In this document: positions 19,324-28,242 of the stretch, in pieces
Position numbering within the stretch: the first letter of the stretch is position 1
Layout of the letters: each line of letters opens with the position of its first letter
IMG/VR virus record: IMGVR_UViG_3300037755_000562
Span: 1-39,686 of that record
Length of the DNA: 39,686 bases
Direction: 5' to 3' (one strand)
DNA from: a virus
Lineage: Duplodnaviria; Caudoviricetes
Translations under genes and position numbers: made by a program
Notes under the pieces: model-generated
What the model was told of the DNA's origin: nothing
The model's input: the letters and a program-made list of their open reading frames with translations, nothing else
Databases searched by the model: none

Positions 19324-20136
19324 TTATAAGTAGCGCACGCCCCTGGAGCGCCCTACCCATTGGTCGGGCTGTGGGCGGCCGGTGCCGTACCTCTCAAGGC
19401 TGACATCCTTCCAGTTCTCCGCTGCGCGGAGAACTTCCAGGTGCTGTGCGATGAACTGCCCGGGGTCACTGGCTCGAGACGAATGGCCTTGCCTGTGGGT
19501 GTAGACTCCCCAGTGCTCGTGGTGCTTATCGGGGGCGTGCGTGATGAACATGCCGTGGTAGTACAGCAGGAGTTTCTCCAGTGAGTTCATCTGCCCAGAG
19601 GTGGCCGGGACGATTAGCTCTTCCATGCTCTTACCCTCATTTTTTGCCTTCTGCCCCAGCCAGAAGCTACGACGGTCTTCGCGCGGTTCGGTGGAGGGGT
19701 CGTCCAGTAGGCCGGGAACTCGGCAGTCTACCTCTACGCCGATTGTGGGGCCGTTCAGCGCATTACCGTGCGGCATGCGGAGCACTGCAGGGTGCAGAAG
19801 CGTGATGGCATCGTCCTGGTGGATTATTGCGTGAGCGGGGATATTGGTAACAGAACGATGGTCTGCGTGCAGGTGGCCGCTGGCGGTCTGGTGCACGGTT
19901 ACCCCGAAAATCTCGGACCATTTGCGCGGCTCGCGCGGCCTTCCTCTAGACCCTTTGGGGCGGGGCTCGGCGCGCCTGTCGTGAACGGTAAGTCCGTGTA
20001 AGTAAATTTCGTACCACGCGTCTACGCCGAGGCGCTCTCGGAGTTCAGCGTCAGATGCGCTCTTGCACGACGATAGCTGTCTGTGCAGCCAGTACGCAAG
20101 GTCGCCCGGGCTCCAGTTGGACCTAATTTCAGACAC
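19324..20136 (-). CDS. N-acetylmuramoyl-L-alanine amidase (Amidase_2-like endolysin)
   Basis: VTVHQTA, PAH, HGNALNGPTIGVEV, THRQ..SDPG zinc-amidase motifs; TAGAAT 7 nt before GTG 20136. Confidence 0.82.
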   Translation of the reverse strand: MSEIRSNWSPGDLAYWLHRQLSSCKSASDAELRERLGVDAWYEIYLHGLTVHDRRAEPRPKGSRGRPREPRKWSEIFGVTVHQTASGHLHADHRSVTNIPAHAIIHQDDAITLLHPAVLRMPHGNALNGPTIGVEVDCRVPGLLDDPSTEPREDRRSFWLGQKAKNEGKSMEELIVPATSGQMNSLEKLLLYYHGMFITHAPDKHHEHWGVYTHRQGHSSRASDPGQFIAQHLEVLRAAENWKDVSLERYGTGRPQPDQWVGRSRGVRYL

Positions 20137-20207
20137 GTAGGTGATTCTACTACGGCGCGTGCGGGGACGGTAGGCGCACAACTAACGAGACCAAGTACAG
20201 CACTACG

Positions 20208-20897
20208 GTGCCCCAACCTAAACGAGAAAACGCGCCGGAGTTGATGTCGGTGCCTGGTCTGACTGCGAATGCGCTGCACAGCCTATACGGAGACGGCCAC
20301 GTCAACGCAACGCGTACTCGAGAGTGCGTGGCCATGCCGGGTGTACGGGACCAGGTTGTTCTAACACCTATGCCCGTAGTGGACGGTCTCGTGCGCTTCT
20401 GGGGAGCAGCCAGCTACGACCCCTGCGGAGCTCCTGGGTCTCTGGTGCCTGCTAAGCGGTATACATGGACCCGCGGCCTATTGGACCCCTGGCCCTTGAA
20501 GACGTACGGAAATCCGCCCTACGGGGTTTCGCTGAAAGACCCAGAGAACCAGATGTCCGATTACCTGCTAGAGCTGAAGTTACGGGCCGAGCATAAGGCC
20601 TCTGGCAAGAAGGGTTCTCCAAAGTTCCCGCCGGGTCTGCCTGTGCCTAAGTGCGGTCTAGCTGACTGGTTGGCAATGCACGCGCAATCGTGGGAGTCGA
20701 TCTTGCTGGTGCCAAACAGGACCCACCGTAAGTGGCTGCGCGCCTGGCGCAAGCAGTGCACATCTCTGATCGAGATGGACCCACTAGCCTTCCACGGGCA
20801 GAAGCAGGCCGCTCCATTCCCGCTGGTACTGGGTTACCGCGGGGATGAGGACGACTACTTCGTGGACTGCTTTTCACACCTGGGTGACCCGGCATGA
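20208..20897 (+). CDS. phage DNA N6-adenine methyltransferase (Dam-like; start may be ATG 20334)
   Basis: LTP, DPC, GL..PW, NPPY, LLVPNRT, LAF, APFP motifs. Confidence 0.8.
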   Translation: MPQPKRENAPELMSVPGLTANALHSLYGDGHVNATRTRECVAMPGVRDQVVLTPMPVVDGLVRFWGAASYDPCGAPGSLVPAKRYTWTRGLLDPWPLKTYGNPPYGVSLKDPENQMSDYLLELKLRAEHKASGKKGSPKFPPGLPVPKCGLADWLAMHAQSWESILLVPNRTHRKWLRAWRKQCTSLIEMDPLAFHGQKQAAPFPLVLGYRGDEDDYFVDCFSHLGDPA

Positions 20898-21217
20898 GTA
20901 TCAAACCTGAACGCTACCGTGAGCGTATTCGCGCTCTTGAACGCGATCTTGAGAATGCAAAGCGTTTCGAAGGTCTGTCGTTCGACGATCTTCGCGCCGA
21001 GATCGAAGCTGCCGAATCCAAAGCCCAAAAGCATCAGGCAAAGGCAGAAGTACTCATACGTAGGGCGCAGGGGCTGAAGTGGCTACGCGATCAAAAACGC
21101 GAAGCCGAGAAGATGGCCAAAGAGGCAAACATGGGAGGGCCCCTCGGCAATCACTGGAAGTACAACGGCCCCGGCGGGGCCAAGCGGCTTCGGCGAGACC
21201 TGGGAGATCCAGCATGA
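20894..21217 (+). CDS. hypothetical coiled-coil protein
   Basis: ATGA overlap; flanked by 23-bp imperfect direct repeats. Confidence 0.6.
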   Translation: MSIKPERYRERIRALERDLENAKRFEGLSFDDLRAEIEAAESKAQKHQAKAEVLIRRAQGLKWLRDQKREAEKMAKEANMGGPLGNHWKYNGPGGAKRLRRDLGDPA

Positions 21218-21240
21218 GTACCTACGTGTGTGGCACGTCC

Positions 21241-21549
21241 CTATACGGTGCGGATCTCGGCGTACCTAAGTAGCGCGCAACACGCCATAAGGTCCCACGA
21301 AAGCGTGTCGCTCTTGCGGGAGCAGCCGAGCGCGCGCTTGTCGACTTCGGCTTGAGCATTCTCCGCAAGGTCCCAGGTCGATCGGATGCGCTCGCTCACG
21401 GCGAGGGCATCCAGCGCCATCAAATTTTCGCTGGTCTGGGGCGCTTCCTCCGGGAAGATAGTTAGGCCCAGGAGGTTGAGGTTTATTTCCTCTACGGCAT
21501 CGGCACCTTCGGAGACGGGTGCCGGAACGCCTAACCGGGTGGTGTCCAT
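21241..21549 (-). CDS. hypothetical protein
   Basis: TAATG overlap with XRE gene; AGGAGG RBS. Confidence 0.6.
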   Translation of the reverse strand: MDTTRLGVPAPVSEGADAVEEINLNLLGLTIFPEEAPQTSENLMALDALAVSERIRSTWDLAENAQAEVDKRALGCSRKSDTLSWDLMACCALLRYAEIRTV

Positions 21550-21827
21550 TACAGAGCCTCCTGCGGCGGGGCGAAGCCTACGGTCTCGTCTAGCAGGTCG
21601 GCGGGACGGATTCCCAGCGCGTCGCACGCATCGTACAAGCGGAGCAGGCTGACGCCCTGCCTGCCCGTCTCGATCATGTAGACCTGGTGTTTGACGATAC
21701 CGAGCTTGTCGGCCATCTCTCCCTGGTCTAGGCCGGCCGCTTTTCGAGCAATGGCCAAGCGCTGACCGACGTACTCGTCGATTTCGCGCTTTTTTGTGCT
21801 TTTAGGCTTCTTTCCTGTGTTTTCCAC
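21549..21827 (-). CDS. XRE/Cro-family HTH transcriptional regulator
   Basis: VGQRLAIARKAAGLDQGEMADKLGIVKHQVYMIETG..SL.RL...CDALGI. Confidence 0.9.
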   Translation of the reverse strand: MENTGKKPKSTKKREIDEYVGQRLAIARKAAGLDQGEMADKLGIVKHQVYMIETGRQGVSLLRLYDACDALGIRPADLLDETVGFAPPQEAL

Positions 21828-21843
21828 GGGTGTCTCTGATGCC

Positions 21844-21871
21844 AGTATAGTCCCGGACTAGTCCGCGTCAA
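21844..21871 (-). promoter_or_regulatory. sigma70-type promoter for XRE gene with palindromic spacer
   Basis: TTGACG-N16-TATACT; spacer holds the perfect palindrome CGGACTAGTCCG (21854-21865). Confidence 0.65.
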
Positions 21872-21933
21872 GGCAGGATGTTGACGAATACGCATCTTTG
21901 CCCCCAGAGTTATGTCTCTGGAGCTATACGGCC

Positions 21934-22362
21934 ATGAAGTTTGACGAGACGCGCATCCAGTTAGTGAGGTCCATAGAGACGGGAACGCCCGGTACGTTCG
22001 ACGACGACACTGACTGGGCCGGTACCGTAACGGCCCCTCCAGATCTCAAGTCGCTTACGTCCAGGAACCCGAACGGGCGCGACAACACGATGTCTCTGTG
22101 GGTAGGTTATGAAGTACTCGACGACGGCGCCCCATTGGCACGCGGCACCATGTCCTGCACGCTTACAGTGGTGATGTCCTGCAAGGTTGCTGGGCTCGAG
22201 CGCCAAGTAATCATGGACGCAGGCTCACAGACAAGCGCCGCCCCCAATACCTTGTACAAGATCGACGTGAAACCCGGCGACCTCTTCACTGTACGTATTA
22301 GCAGCGCGGCAAACGAGCCCGTAACCGCTGACGAACTGCGTATTTACGCGCGACCCGCATAA
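21934..22362 (+). CDS. hypothetical protein (possibly virion)
   Basis: GGAG RBS; beta-rich; first gene of the head block. Confidence 0.6.
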   Translation: MKFDETRIQLVRSIETGTPGTFDDDTDWAGTVTAPPDLKSLTSRNPNGRDNTMSLWVGYEVLDDGAPLARGTMSCTLTVVMSCKVAGLERQVIMDAGSQTSAAPNTLYKIDVKPGDLFTVRISSAANEPVTADELRIYARPA

Positions 22363-22384
22363 CCATCCACCAGATAACAACTCA

Positions 22385-23200
22385 ATGCTTCACTCACTGT
22401 TGCACAAGATCTCGCCTTTCCTGTTCGCCCTCCCCCCGCTTGACGGAGCGGCCCCCGCGGCCGAGCCGGCCGCGGCCGAGCCGGCCGCGGCTGCTGATAT
22501 GCCGCCCCCGGCCGCGCCCGCACCTACGCCGTCAGCGGCATCGGCGCCAGCGCCTGCCCCTGTTGTGGCCTCTCCGGCGGAGCCCGCCGCGCCTAAGCCT
22601 GAGCCTAAGCCGGCCAAAGAAGACCCGGCCAAGTTCCTGGATAACCCCATCGTTCGCGCTGAGATCGCCAAGCAGGCCAAGTTGGCCGCCAAGCAGGCCA
22701 GGGAGGAAGCCGCCGCCGAAGCCGCACAGGCCGCAGAGCGTGCCCAGATGGCCGAGTCTGACCGGTTGCGCGCCGAGAAGGCCGACGCCGAGAAGGCCAA
22801 GCTCGAGGCAAAGACCGCGGCTGACAACGCCATCCGCAGGGCAGGGATCTACAAGGCTGTGTTGGACGGTAAGTATGCCCTTCAGGATGGGGGGTCTGAC
22901 TACCTAGAGTACTCTGTAGGCAACCTGCTGCAGGCGAATCCGGACATGGACATTTCGGAGGCGGTTGCTCAGACGGTTCAGTCGAGCCCGTTCATGCTAA
23001 TTCCGGAAACTCCTGTCGCTCCTGTGGCCGCGCAGGAAACACCGGCACTTGCCGCGTCGCCGGTCCCCAAGCCGACCACTGCTCCTGTGGAGCATCACGC
23101 GCAGTCCAAGACAAAGGAAAAACCCGTGGACGGTGTTGACACTCTCAACATGACGGCCGCAGAGTATCGTTTGTACAAGGCAAAGACCTACGGCGGGTAG
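22385..23200 (+). CDS. capsid scaffolding protein (putative)
   Basis: Pro/Ala-rich disordered ends, central coiled coil, short C-terminal helix (MTAAEYRLYK); directly upstream of the capsid gene. Confidence 0.7.
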   Translation: MLHSLLHKISPFLFALPPLDGAAPAAEPAAAEPAAAADMPPPAAPAPTPSAASAPAPAPVVASPAEPAAPKPEPKPAKEDPAKFLDNPIVRAEIAKQAKLAAKQAREEAAAEAAQAAERAQMAESDRLRAEKADAEKAKLEAKTAADNAIRRAGIYKAVLDGKYALQDGGSDYLEYSVGNLLQANPDMDISEAVAQTVQSSPFMLIPETPVAPVAAQETPALAASPVPKPTTAPVEHHAQSKTKEKPVDGVDTLNMTAAEYRLYKAKTYGG

Positions 23201-23252
23201 GCCGCTACGCGAACCTGCCAACACGGCACCACTTAGACCTTAGTTAGTTACC

Positions 23253-24662
23253 ATGGACCTGAATAGCATTCTTCCATCTTTGGCGTTCCTCGCACCCATT
23301 GTTCAGGACAACTCGCTGGCGCGCGAGTTCAAGGACGCGTTGTACCCCGAGACTCTCTACCGGGCTGAGTGCCCGCGCGTGCTGTGGGCGGGCCAACTAG
23401 GCGAGACCCGGACTTTCACGCGGCGTGGTCTGCTCAAACCAGTAACGTCTCCGATCGCAGCTGCGACTGACCCCACCCCCAAGGATCCCTCGTTCGAGCA
23501 GTGGTCGGTCAGGGCGGGCCAGTACACTGACTCGATGGACGTCCATATGCCATCGAGCTTTGCTACGCGACAGAGCCTCTTCATGTCCAACATGAAGACT
23601 CTTGGCCTTCAGGCAGGCCAGTCGATCAACCGCGTTTCGCGCAACAAGCTCCTTACCAAGTACTGTGGCGGCCACACCGTGGCCACTGCGGCTGAGGGCG
23701 GTGGGTCGACTGCTCTTCACGTGGCCTCACTTAACGGGTTCACGCATGTCATTGTGAGCGGCGCCGAGATTCAGGTCAGCGCACAGAGCCCCAAGGCCAT
23801 CACACTCGGCGGTGTGGCCGCATCGGTCGTTCTGGCTGCTCCGGACGATGAGAGCATGCCCCTCGGCCCCGGCACTCTCACTCTTGCCGTGTCGACCACG
23901 TGGGCTGACGCGGCCCCAGTGCTTGCCGCGGACCGCCCGTACATCGTGCGCTCCGGCGGCGGCTCGAGTGTTGACGCCATCGCCAGCACCGATGTCATCA
24001 CCAGCGCCGACATCCGGCACGCGGTGGCTGTCATGCGCCGGGACGGCGTGCCCCGTCACCCCGACGGGTACTACCACCTACACGCGGACCCCAAGGCTCT
24101 TAGCCAGATCTTTGCGGACGATGAGTTCCAGAACCTGAACCAGGGCGAGCTCGACAGCCTCCCCTACAGGGAGTTCGTGCTCGGCAAGATCCTCGGTTGT
24201 CTGGTCATCGACAACAACCAGGCGCCTAACGTGCACACATCGGCCCCCGATGGCGAGTCTGGCCTTCTTGTCAGCGCGCGGACTGGCGCTGACTCCCCCG
24301 CGCGGCTTTCGCCTGAGTACTGGGCAGAGATTCGAAACGCTACTGGCGTTGGTCTGCTCCGCACCGTCATCACCGGCGGCGACAGTTGCATGGAGATGTA
24401 CATCGATGAACTGTCGGAGTACATGACCGAGGCAGGCGTGGTCGGCAAGGTCGGCAGCTTCGCGGTCACCAACAGTAGTCTGATCATTCCTCTGGACGGG
24501 ATTCGGCTCATCATCCGCGCACCGCAGAACAGGCTCCAGGACACTGTGAGTCTCACCTGGTCGATGTCAGGTGACTGGGGTATCGCCGCCGACTTTCTGG
24601 GCGGCGTCAGCGGAGGCCGCTACAAGCGCGGCGTGTGCATCGAGCACGGAAGCGACGACTAA
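23253..24662 (+). CDS. major capsid protein (putative HK97 fold)
   Basis: 469 aa after scaffold; GETRTFTR, LGLQAGQSIN, ITSADIRHAVAVMRRDGVP..GYY.LH.DP typical of capsid proteins; strong terminator one gene downstream. Confidence 0.75.
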   Translation: MDLNSILPSLAFLAPIVQDNSLAREFKDALYPETLYRAECPRVLWAGQLGETRTFTRRGLLKPVTSPIAAATDPTPKDPSFEQWSVRAGQYTDSMDVHMPSSFATRQSLFMSNMKTLGLQAGQSINRVSRNKLLTKYCGGHTVATAAEGGGSTALHVASLNGFTHVIVSGAEIQVSAQSPKAITLGGVAASVVLAAPDDESMPLGPGTLTLAVSTTWADAAPVLAADRPYIVRSGGGSSVDAIASTDVITSADIRHAVAVMRRDGVPRHPDGYYHLHADPKALSQIFADDEFQNLNQGELDSLPYREFVLGKILGCLVIDNNQAPNVHTSAPDGESGLLVSARTGADSPARLSPEYWAEIRNATGVGLLRTVITGGDSCMEMYIDELSEYMTEAGVVGKVGSFAVTNSSLIIPLDGIRLIIRAPQNRLQDTVSLTWSMSGDWGIAADFLGGVSGGRYKRGVCIEHGSDD

Positions 24663-24696
24663 GGCTGAGTTGGGCCTAACCAAGCAGGATTAAAAG

Positions 24697-25071
24697 ATGT
24701 CTACTGTAAAGCAAGTTCTTGATAAGGCGGCTCCGCACGCAATGGCGGACATGTTCCGAAAGATTGGCCTCGGAGGCCTTCTTGAAGGCCTCCGTGCCCG
24801 GAAGGCGGCTTTCACCGGCCTCGCTTCGTCGGACACTCAGGTGCACCCCTACGCGGCCACTATTCTGTCGGTTGAGAATGTGGAAGGCACTCCGCTGGCC
24901 ATGGTCACCGGTGGCTCTGCGGACGCATCTGAAGTGTCTGTGGAATACGATGCTGACGGCGTCCCCACCTTCGTGTTCGCCGCGGCTGTCACAGCGTACA
25001 CTGTGAACGAGTGCTGCCTCATCGGTAGCCTTGCTGACGATCTCGAGGAAGACGCGCAGGCCGGCGTCTAG
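24697..25071 (+). CDS. putative head decoration/accessory protein
   Basis: Between capsid gene and terminator. Confidence 0.5.
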   Translation: MSTVKQVLDKAAPHAMADMFRKIGLGGLLEGLRARKAAFTGLASSDTQVHPYAATILSVENVEGTPLAMVTGGSADASEVSVEYDADGVPTFVFAAAVTAYTVNECCLIGSLADDLEEDAQAGV

Positions 25072-25111
25072 GTATCACTTAGTTTTAAGCTTAGTTAGGT
25101 TGGGTTGGGTT

Positions 25112-25149
25112 ACCCGGCGACAGGAGCACGGTTCTGTCGCCGGGTTTTT
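25112..25149 (+). terminator. rho-independent terminator
   Basis: ACCCGGCGACAG / CTGTCGCCGGGT 12-bp stem followed by a T run. Confidence 0.85.
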
Positions 25150-25397
25150 ATTTGAGGATTAGTTCTGGACCACTTCGAGTTCTTCGACATGTGCGGTGAC
25201 TGTAGGAGTAGCGGTAAATACACCGGGTATCTTCTAGTGGACATATGCAGGACATGCGCCGGCATGGGCTGGGTAGCCAAGGGAAAAGGCTTGTCGGAGG
25301 CAAAGTACGCGGAGTACTTGAAGATGGCCGAAGAGATAGAGCGCCGCGGGTTTGGCGAATAGAAGTACCGTGTGTATACTTTACGTGAGGTTTAGCC

Positions 25398-25901
25398 ATG
25401 AGTAAGCGTGCACTAGCTGTTCCCGTCAGGAAAGGCGGCCCCAACACAGCCGATATGCTGGCCAGAATTGAGCATCTGGAAGAGCGCCTTTCGACTTTTG
25501 AAACGGCGTGTCCGCCTGAATTCCGGAAGTTGGCGCCTGACACCGTGGCCAAGGCCATAGACCTGGACGGCGCGACATCGTTCGAGGTGCTGCGTAACTA
25601 CAAGCACGGGTCTATAAGGCTCAGCGCCGGGCAGGTCGTTCGGGCGGACATGTACAATCGGATCATGGACCACGTGCACAACGGTCTGCTCCTGGGCCGC
25701 GTGGCGGACCGTGAGGGCGTTCTGGAGAAGTACCGGCAAGAGGCAGAGGCCAAGCGGGAAGCGGCTGCGGCAGCCCGGCAGGAGCTCAGGGAGCTCGCCG
25801 CTCTTGAGGCAGCCAAACTGGCCATGTCGATGGACCCTGACCCTGAACCTGAGCCTGAGCCTGAGCCCTACGCAGAAGATAAGGCTGAAGAGGGCGAGTA
25901 G
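25398..25901 (+). CDS. hypothetical protein with coiled coil and PE-repeat acidic tail
   Basis: TATACT and GAGG upstream. Confidence 0.7.
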   Translation: MSKRALAVPVRKGGPNTADMLARIEHLEERLSTFETACPPEFRKLAPDTVAKAIDLDGATSFEVLRNYKHGSIRLSAGQVVRADMYNRIMDHVHNGLLLGRVADREGVLEKYRQEAEAKREAAAAARQELRELAALEAAKLAMSMDPDPEPEPEPEPYAEDKAEEGE

Positions 25902-25903
25902 GC

Positions 25904-26077
25904 GTGGTGCGCTCAGCTGTCAAACTGGCAGTAGGCCTGCCGCAGCCAAAGCCATTGACCGACTCGACTTTGGCTGAACTAGACGAATGCGCGCGGGCTT
26001 TCAGTAGAGCGATATCTGAGCACACGGCATCCCTAGAGTGGCTCAGCGGCGAGGATCTAAGTATAAGGCTCAAGTAA
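25904..26077 (+). CDS. small hypothetical protein (57 aa; not in ORF track)
   Basis: GTG 2 nt after previous stop; TAATG overlap with next gene. Confidence 0.5.
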   Translation: MVRSAVKLAVGLPQPKPLTDSTLAELDECARAFSRAISEHTASLEWLSGEDLSIRLK

Positions 26078-26622
26078 TGTCCCGCTGGACATCCAGGTAC
26101 GATCGAATGGCACGTGACAACACGTGCCGGGATCATGCCCTGCGAGGAAGCAAACGCTGGAGCGCTGTCCAAGCGCTAGAGCACGCGGAGACAGAGCTAG
26201 AACGCTACGGCACGCGCACCCACGTGCAGGCTAAAACGCCTGCCAGGGTGTCCCGTATGGGCGTCACCGTGTCCGCCAAACTGGTGCTACTTCCGCACGA
26301 CTGGAACGAACGCAGCGCTTACAGGAAGGCGCTGCTGCTACTGCACGAGCTCGTACACGTTCGGCAATGGCGTAAGTACCTGTTTTTCGGCGCGCGCTGG
26401 TCTACCAGTCCCCGCTTTCGCGTGGCTATGGAGGCGCAGGCGTACCGTGAGAGCGTGTCCGCAATGGTGATGCTCGGATACTCCGACGATAGCATTGCGG
26501 ACTACATAAATAGACTTAGCGTCACGTTCCACAAGACGTACCATACAGGTAACGTTGACGTGGACATAGGTCCGTGCTTGCGAGATTCAGTTTCTGAGGC
26601 CCAGATAGGCCTGCGGGGGTAG
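26077..26622 (+). CDS. HEXXH zinc metallopeptidase-like protein (DUF4157-like)
   Basis: LLHELVHVRQW and downstream MEAQAY. Confidence 0.7.
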   Translation: MSRWTSRYDRMARDNTCRDHALRGSKRWSAVQALEHAETELERYGTRTHVQAKTPARVSRMGVTVSAKLVLLPHDWNERSAYRKALLLLHELVHVRQWRKYLFFGARWSTSPRFRVAMEAQAYRESVSAMVMLGYSDDSIADYINRLSVTFHKTYHTGNVDVDIGPCLRDSVSEAQIGLRG

Positions 26623-27296
26623 TGGTGAATAAGTTTTTGGCGTTGTTAGTTGCTGCTGTTCTCGCTGGATGTAGCGGTGGCGGCTGTAGTAGGTCTATGG
26701 CTCACACGAAGCAGGAAGCCCCTGTTTTGGACTCAGTCAGCATGGCCCAGCGTGTTCTGGACTCCACCGTGAAGGTGACTACTGGCGGCGGGCACGGGTC
26801 TGGCGCTGTGGTCGGGAAAGGCGTGGTGTTGACTGCTGCGCACGTCGTGGACGGTCTCGAGGACATGCCGGTCATACGCGCACGCGGCGGCGAGGTGTGC
26901 CCCGTCACGCGCGGCGTCATCCTCGTAGGGATGGACGCCGCCCTGCTGTGGTACACGGGGTGTAAGGCGCTCAAGCCGCTTCGGGTGGCCAAGGAGGAAG
27001 CCCTGGAGGGTGAGACCGTCTACCTGGCGGGGGCGCCGTTGGACGCTGAGTGGAGCATCACAAAGGGTATCCTGTCTGACGCCGATTACACTTACGCCGG
27101 GATTAGGTACTACGTTTCTGACTCCGTAGCTCATCCAGGAATGTCTGGTGGGCCCATGGTCAACAGTCGGGGCGAGCTGATTGGCGTCGTGGTGCGCATA
27201 CTGACCCCCGGAGGGTACGCTTGGGGCGGCAAGACTCTTTGTGTTCCCGCCGCAGAAACCCTCAAAGACCTCGAGGCTTCCGGGGTACCTTTGTAG
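26622..27296 (+). CDS. trypsin-like (S1) serine protease, lipoprotein
   Basis: Lipobox LAGC; GSG, LTAAHVV, DAALL, PGMSGGP catalytic triad motifs. Confidence 0.88.
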   Translation: MVNKFLALLVAAVLAGCSGGGCSRSMAHTKQEAPVLDSVSMAQRVLDSTVKVTTGGGHGSGAVVGKGVVLTAAHVVDGLEDMPVIRARGGEVCPVTRGVILVGMDAALLWYTGCKALKPLRVAKEEALEGETVYLAGAPLDAEWSITKGILSDADYTYAGIRYYVSDSVAHPGMSGGPMVNSRGELIGVVVRILTPGGYAWGGKTLCVPAAETLKDLEASGVPL

Positions 27297-27339
27297 TGTC
27301 CGCTACGCAGAGCCAGGCGCTGCTGCTATACTGCTTGTT

Positions 27340-27729
27340 GTGGCCTTCAGCGTTCAAGAAAAGGCCCGTATACGCGGGCATTTAGGTTACCCTAACATAG
27401 GGTCAATGACCGTCTTGGCGCTAGGTGTGCCTTCGGCCGGGCATCCTATGTTTCTGCTCGAACGGCAGATGGACAAGGTACTGCCAGAGGCAGAGCCCAA
27501 GATTAGAAGTATCCTCTGCGAGTGTGACGCCGTTGAAGGCCAGCTAAAACAGGCACGCGGCCGTTTGGGCGTTGAGATAAGCGCCAATACAAGGTTCCGC
27601 CCCAGGGAGGAGTTGGACGACCTCATGGACTTGTACGACTACTGGACTGACTCATTGGCAGACGAGCTCGCGGCGCAGAAGAACGTGTACTCTGCCAAAC
27701 ACCGCGGATCCGGATACATGCTGGTATAG
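27340..27729 (+). CDS. putative head-tail adaptor/neck protein
   Basis: AFSVQEKARIRGHLGYP N-terminus, helical, about 130 aa, downstream of head genes; TGCTATACT 7 nt upstream. Confidence 0.5.
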   Translation: MAFSVQEKARIRGHLGYPNIGSMTVLALGVPSAGHPMFLLERQMDKVLPEAEPKIRSILCECDAVEGQLKQARGRLGVEISANTRFRPREELDDLMDLYDYWTDSLADELAAQKNVYSAKHRGSGYMLV

Positions 27730-27733
27730 GCTT

Positions 27734-27832
27734 ATGTGCACGCTATCGTTCAAGTTATTTTTCTTGCTGGTGTCCCTTCTTGGCGTAATTCTGTACGCGC
27801 AGGGAAGGCGATTAGACTACACGGATAAATAA
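27734..27832 (+). CDS. small single-TM protein (32 aa; not in ORF track)
   Basis: MCTLSFKLFFLLVSLLGVILYAQGRRLDYTDK fills the gap almost exactly. Confidence 0.4.
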   Translation: MCTLSFKLFFLLVSLLGVILYAQGRRLDYTDK

Positions 27833-27834
27833 CG

Positions 27835-28233
27835 ATGATCGCTCTGTGCCTAGACGAGAATACGCAGAACCTCGGAGGAGGCGGAAGCGGAGGAAGTACT
27901 GTAGTGCAGTACTCAGGCACTACTTATGTGTATGCCGAGAAGCAGTCTTCTCCGGACTGCCCTGAAGAGTGCGTGCAGTCCGGAGAAGACTGCTTTGAAG
28001 GGTACAGCGACTGTAGCGAGTACTCGGGCGAAAATTTAAACGACGAGGCCGAATTATGCGGGCCCGGCCCTGGCAACGAGCCAGTAGGCCAGCTGTATGA
28101 AACGGACTCGAGCGGGTGCCCCGGCGAAATTTTCATCGGAGCCGCCGAATTATGCGCGCCAGGTCCCGGCAATCTACCGGTGGCAGGACTCACAGGAGTT
28201 CCCGTAACTACAGCCGCGTGCTCCTGCGGGTAA
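27835..28233 (+). CDS. Cys-rich acidic protein
   Basis: 10 Cys, one Lys, no Arg; internal repeat AELCxPGPGNxPV. Confidence 0.55.
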   Translation: MIALCLDENTQNLGGGGSGGSTVVQYSGTTYVYAEKQSSPDCPEECVQSGEDCFEGYSDCSEYSGENLNDEAELCGPGPGNEPVGQLYETDSSGCPGEIFIGAAELCAPGPGNLPVAGLTGVPVTTAACSCG

Positions 28234-28242
28234 GGTTCTCGA

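Noticed and set aside
25150-25397. Possible tRNA or ncRNA in the gap after the capsid terminator
   Set aside because: No cloverleaf could be folded by eye; tRNAscan-SE or Infernal would be needed.
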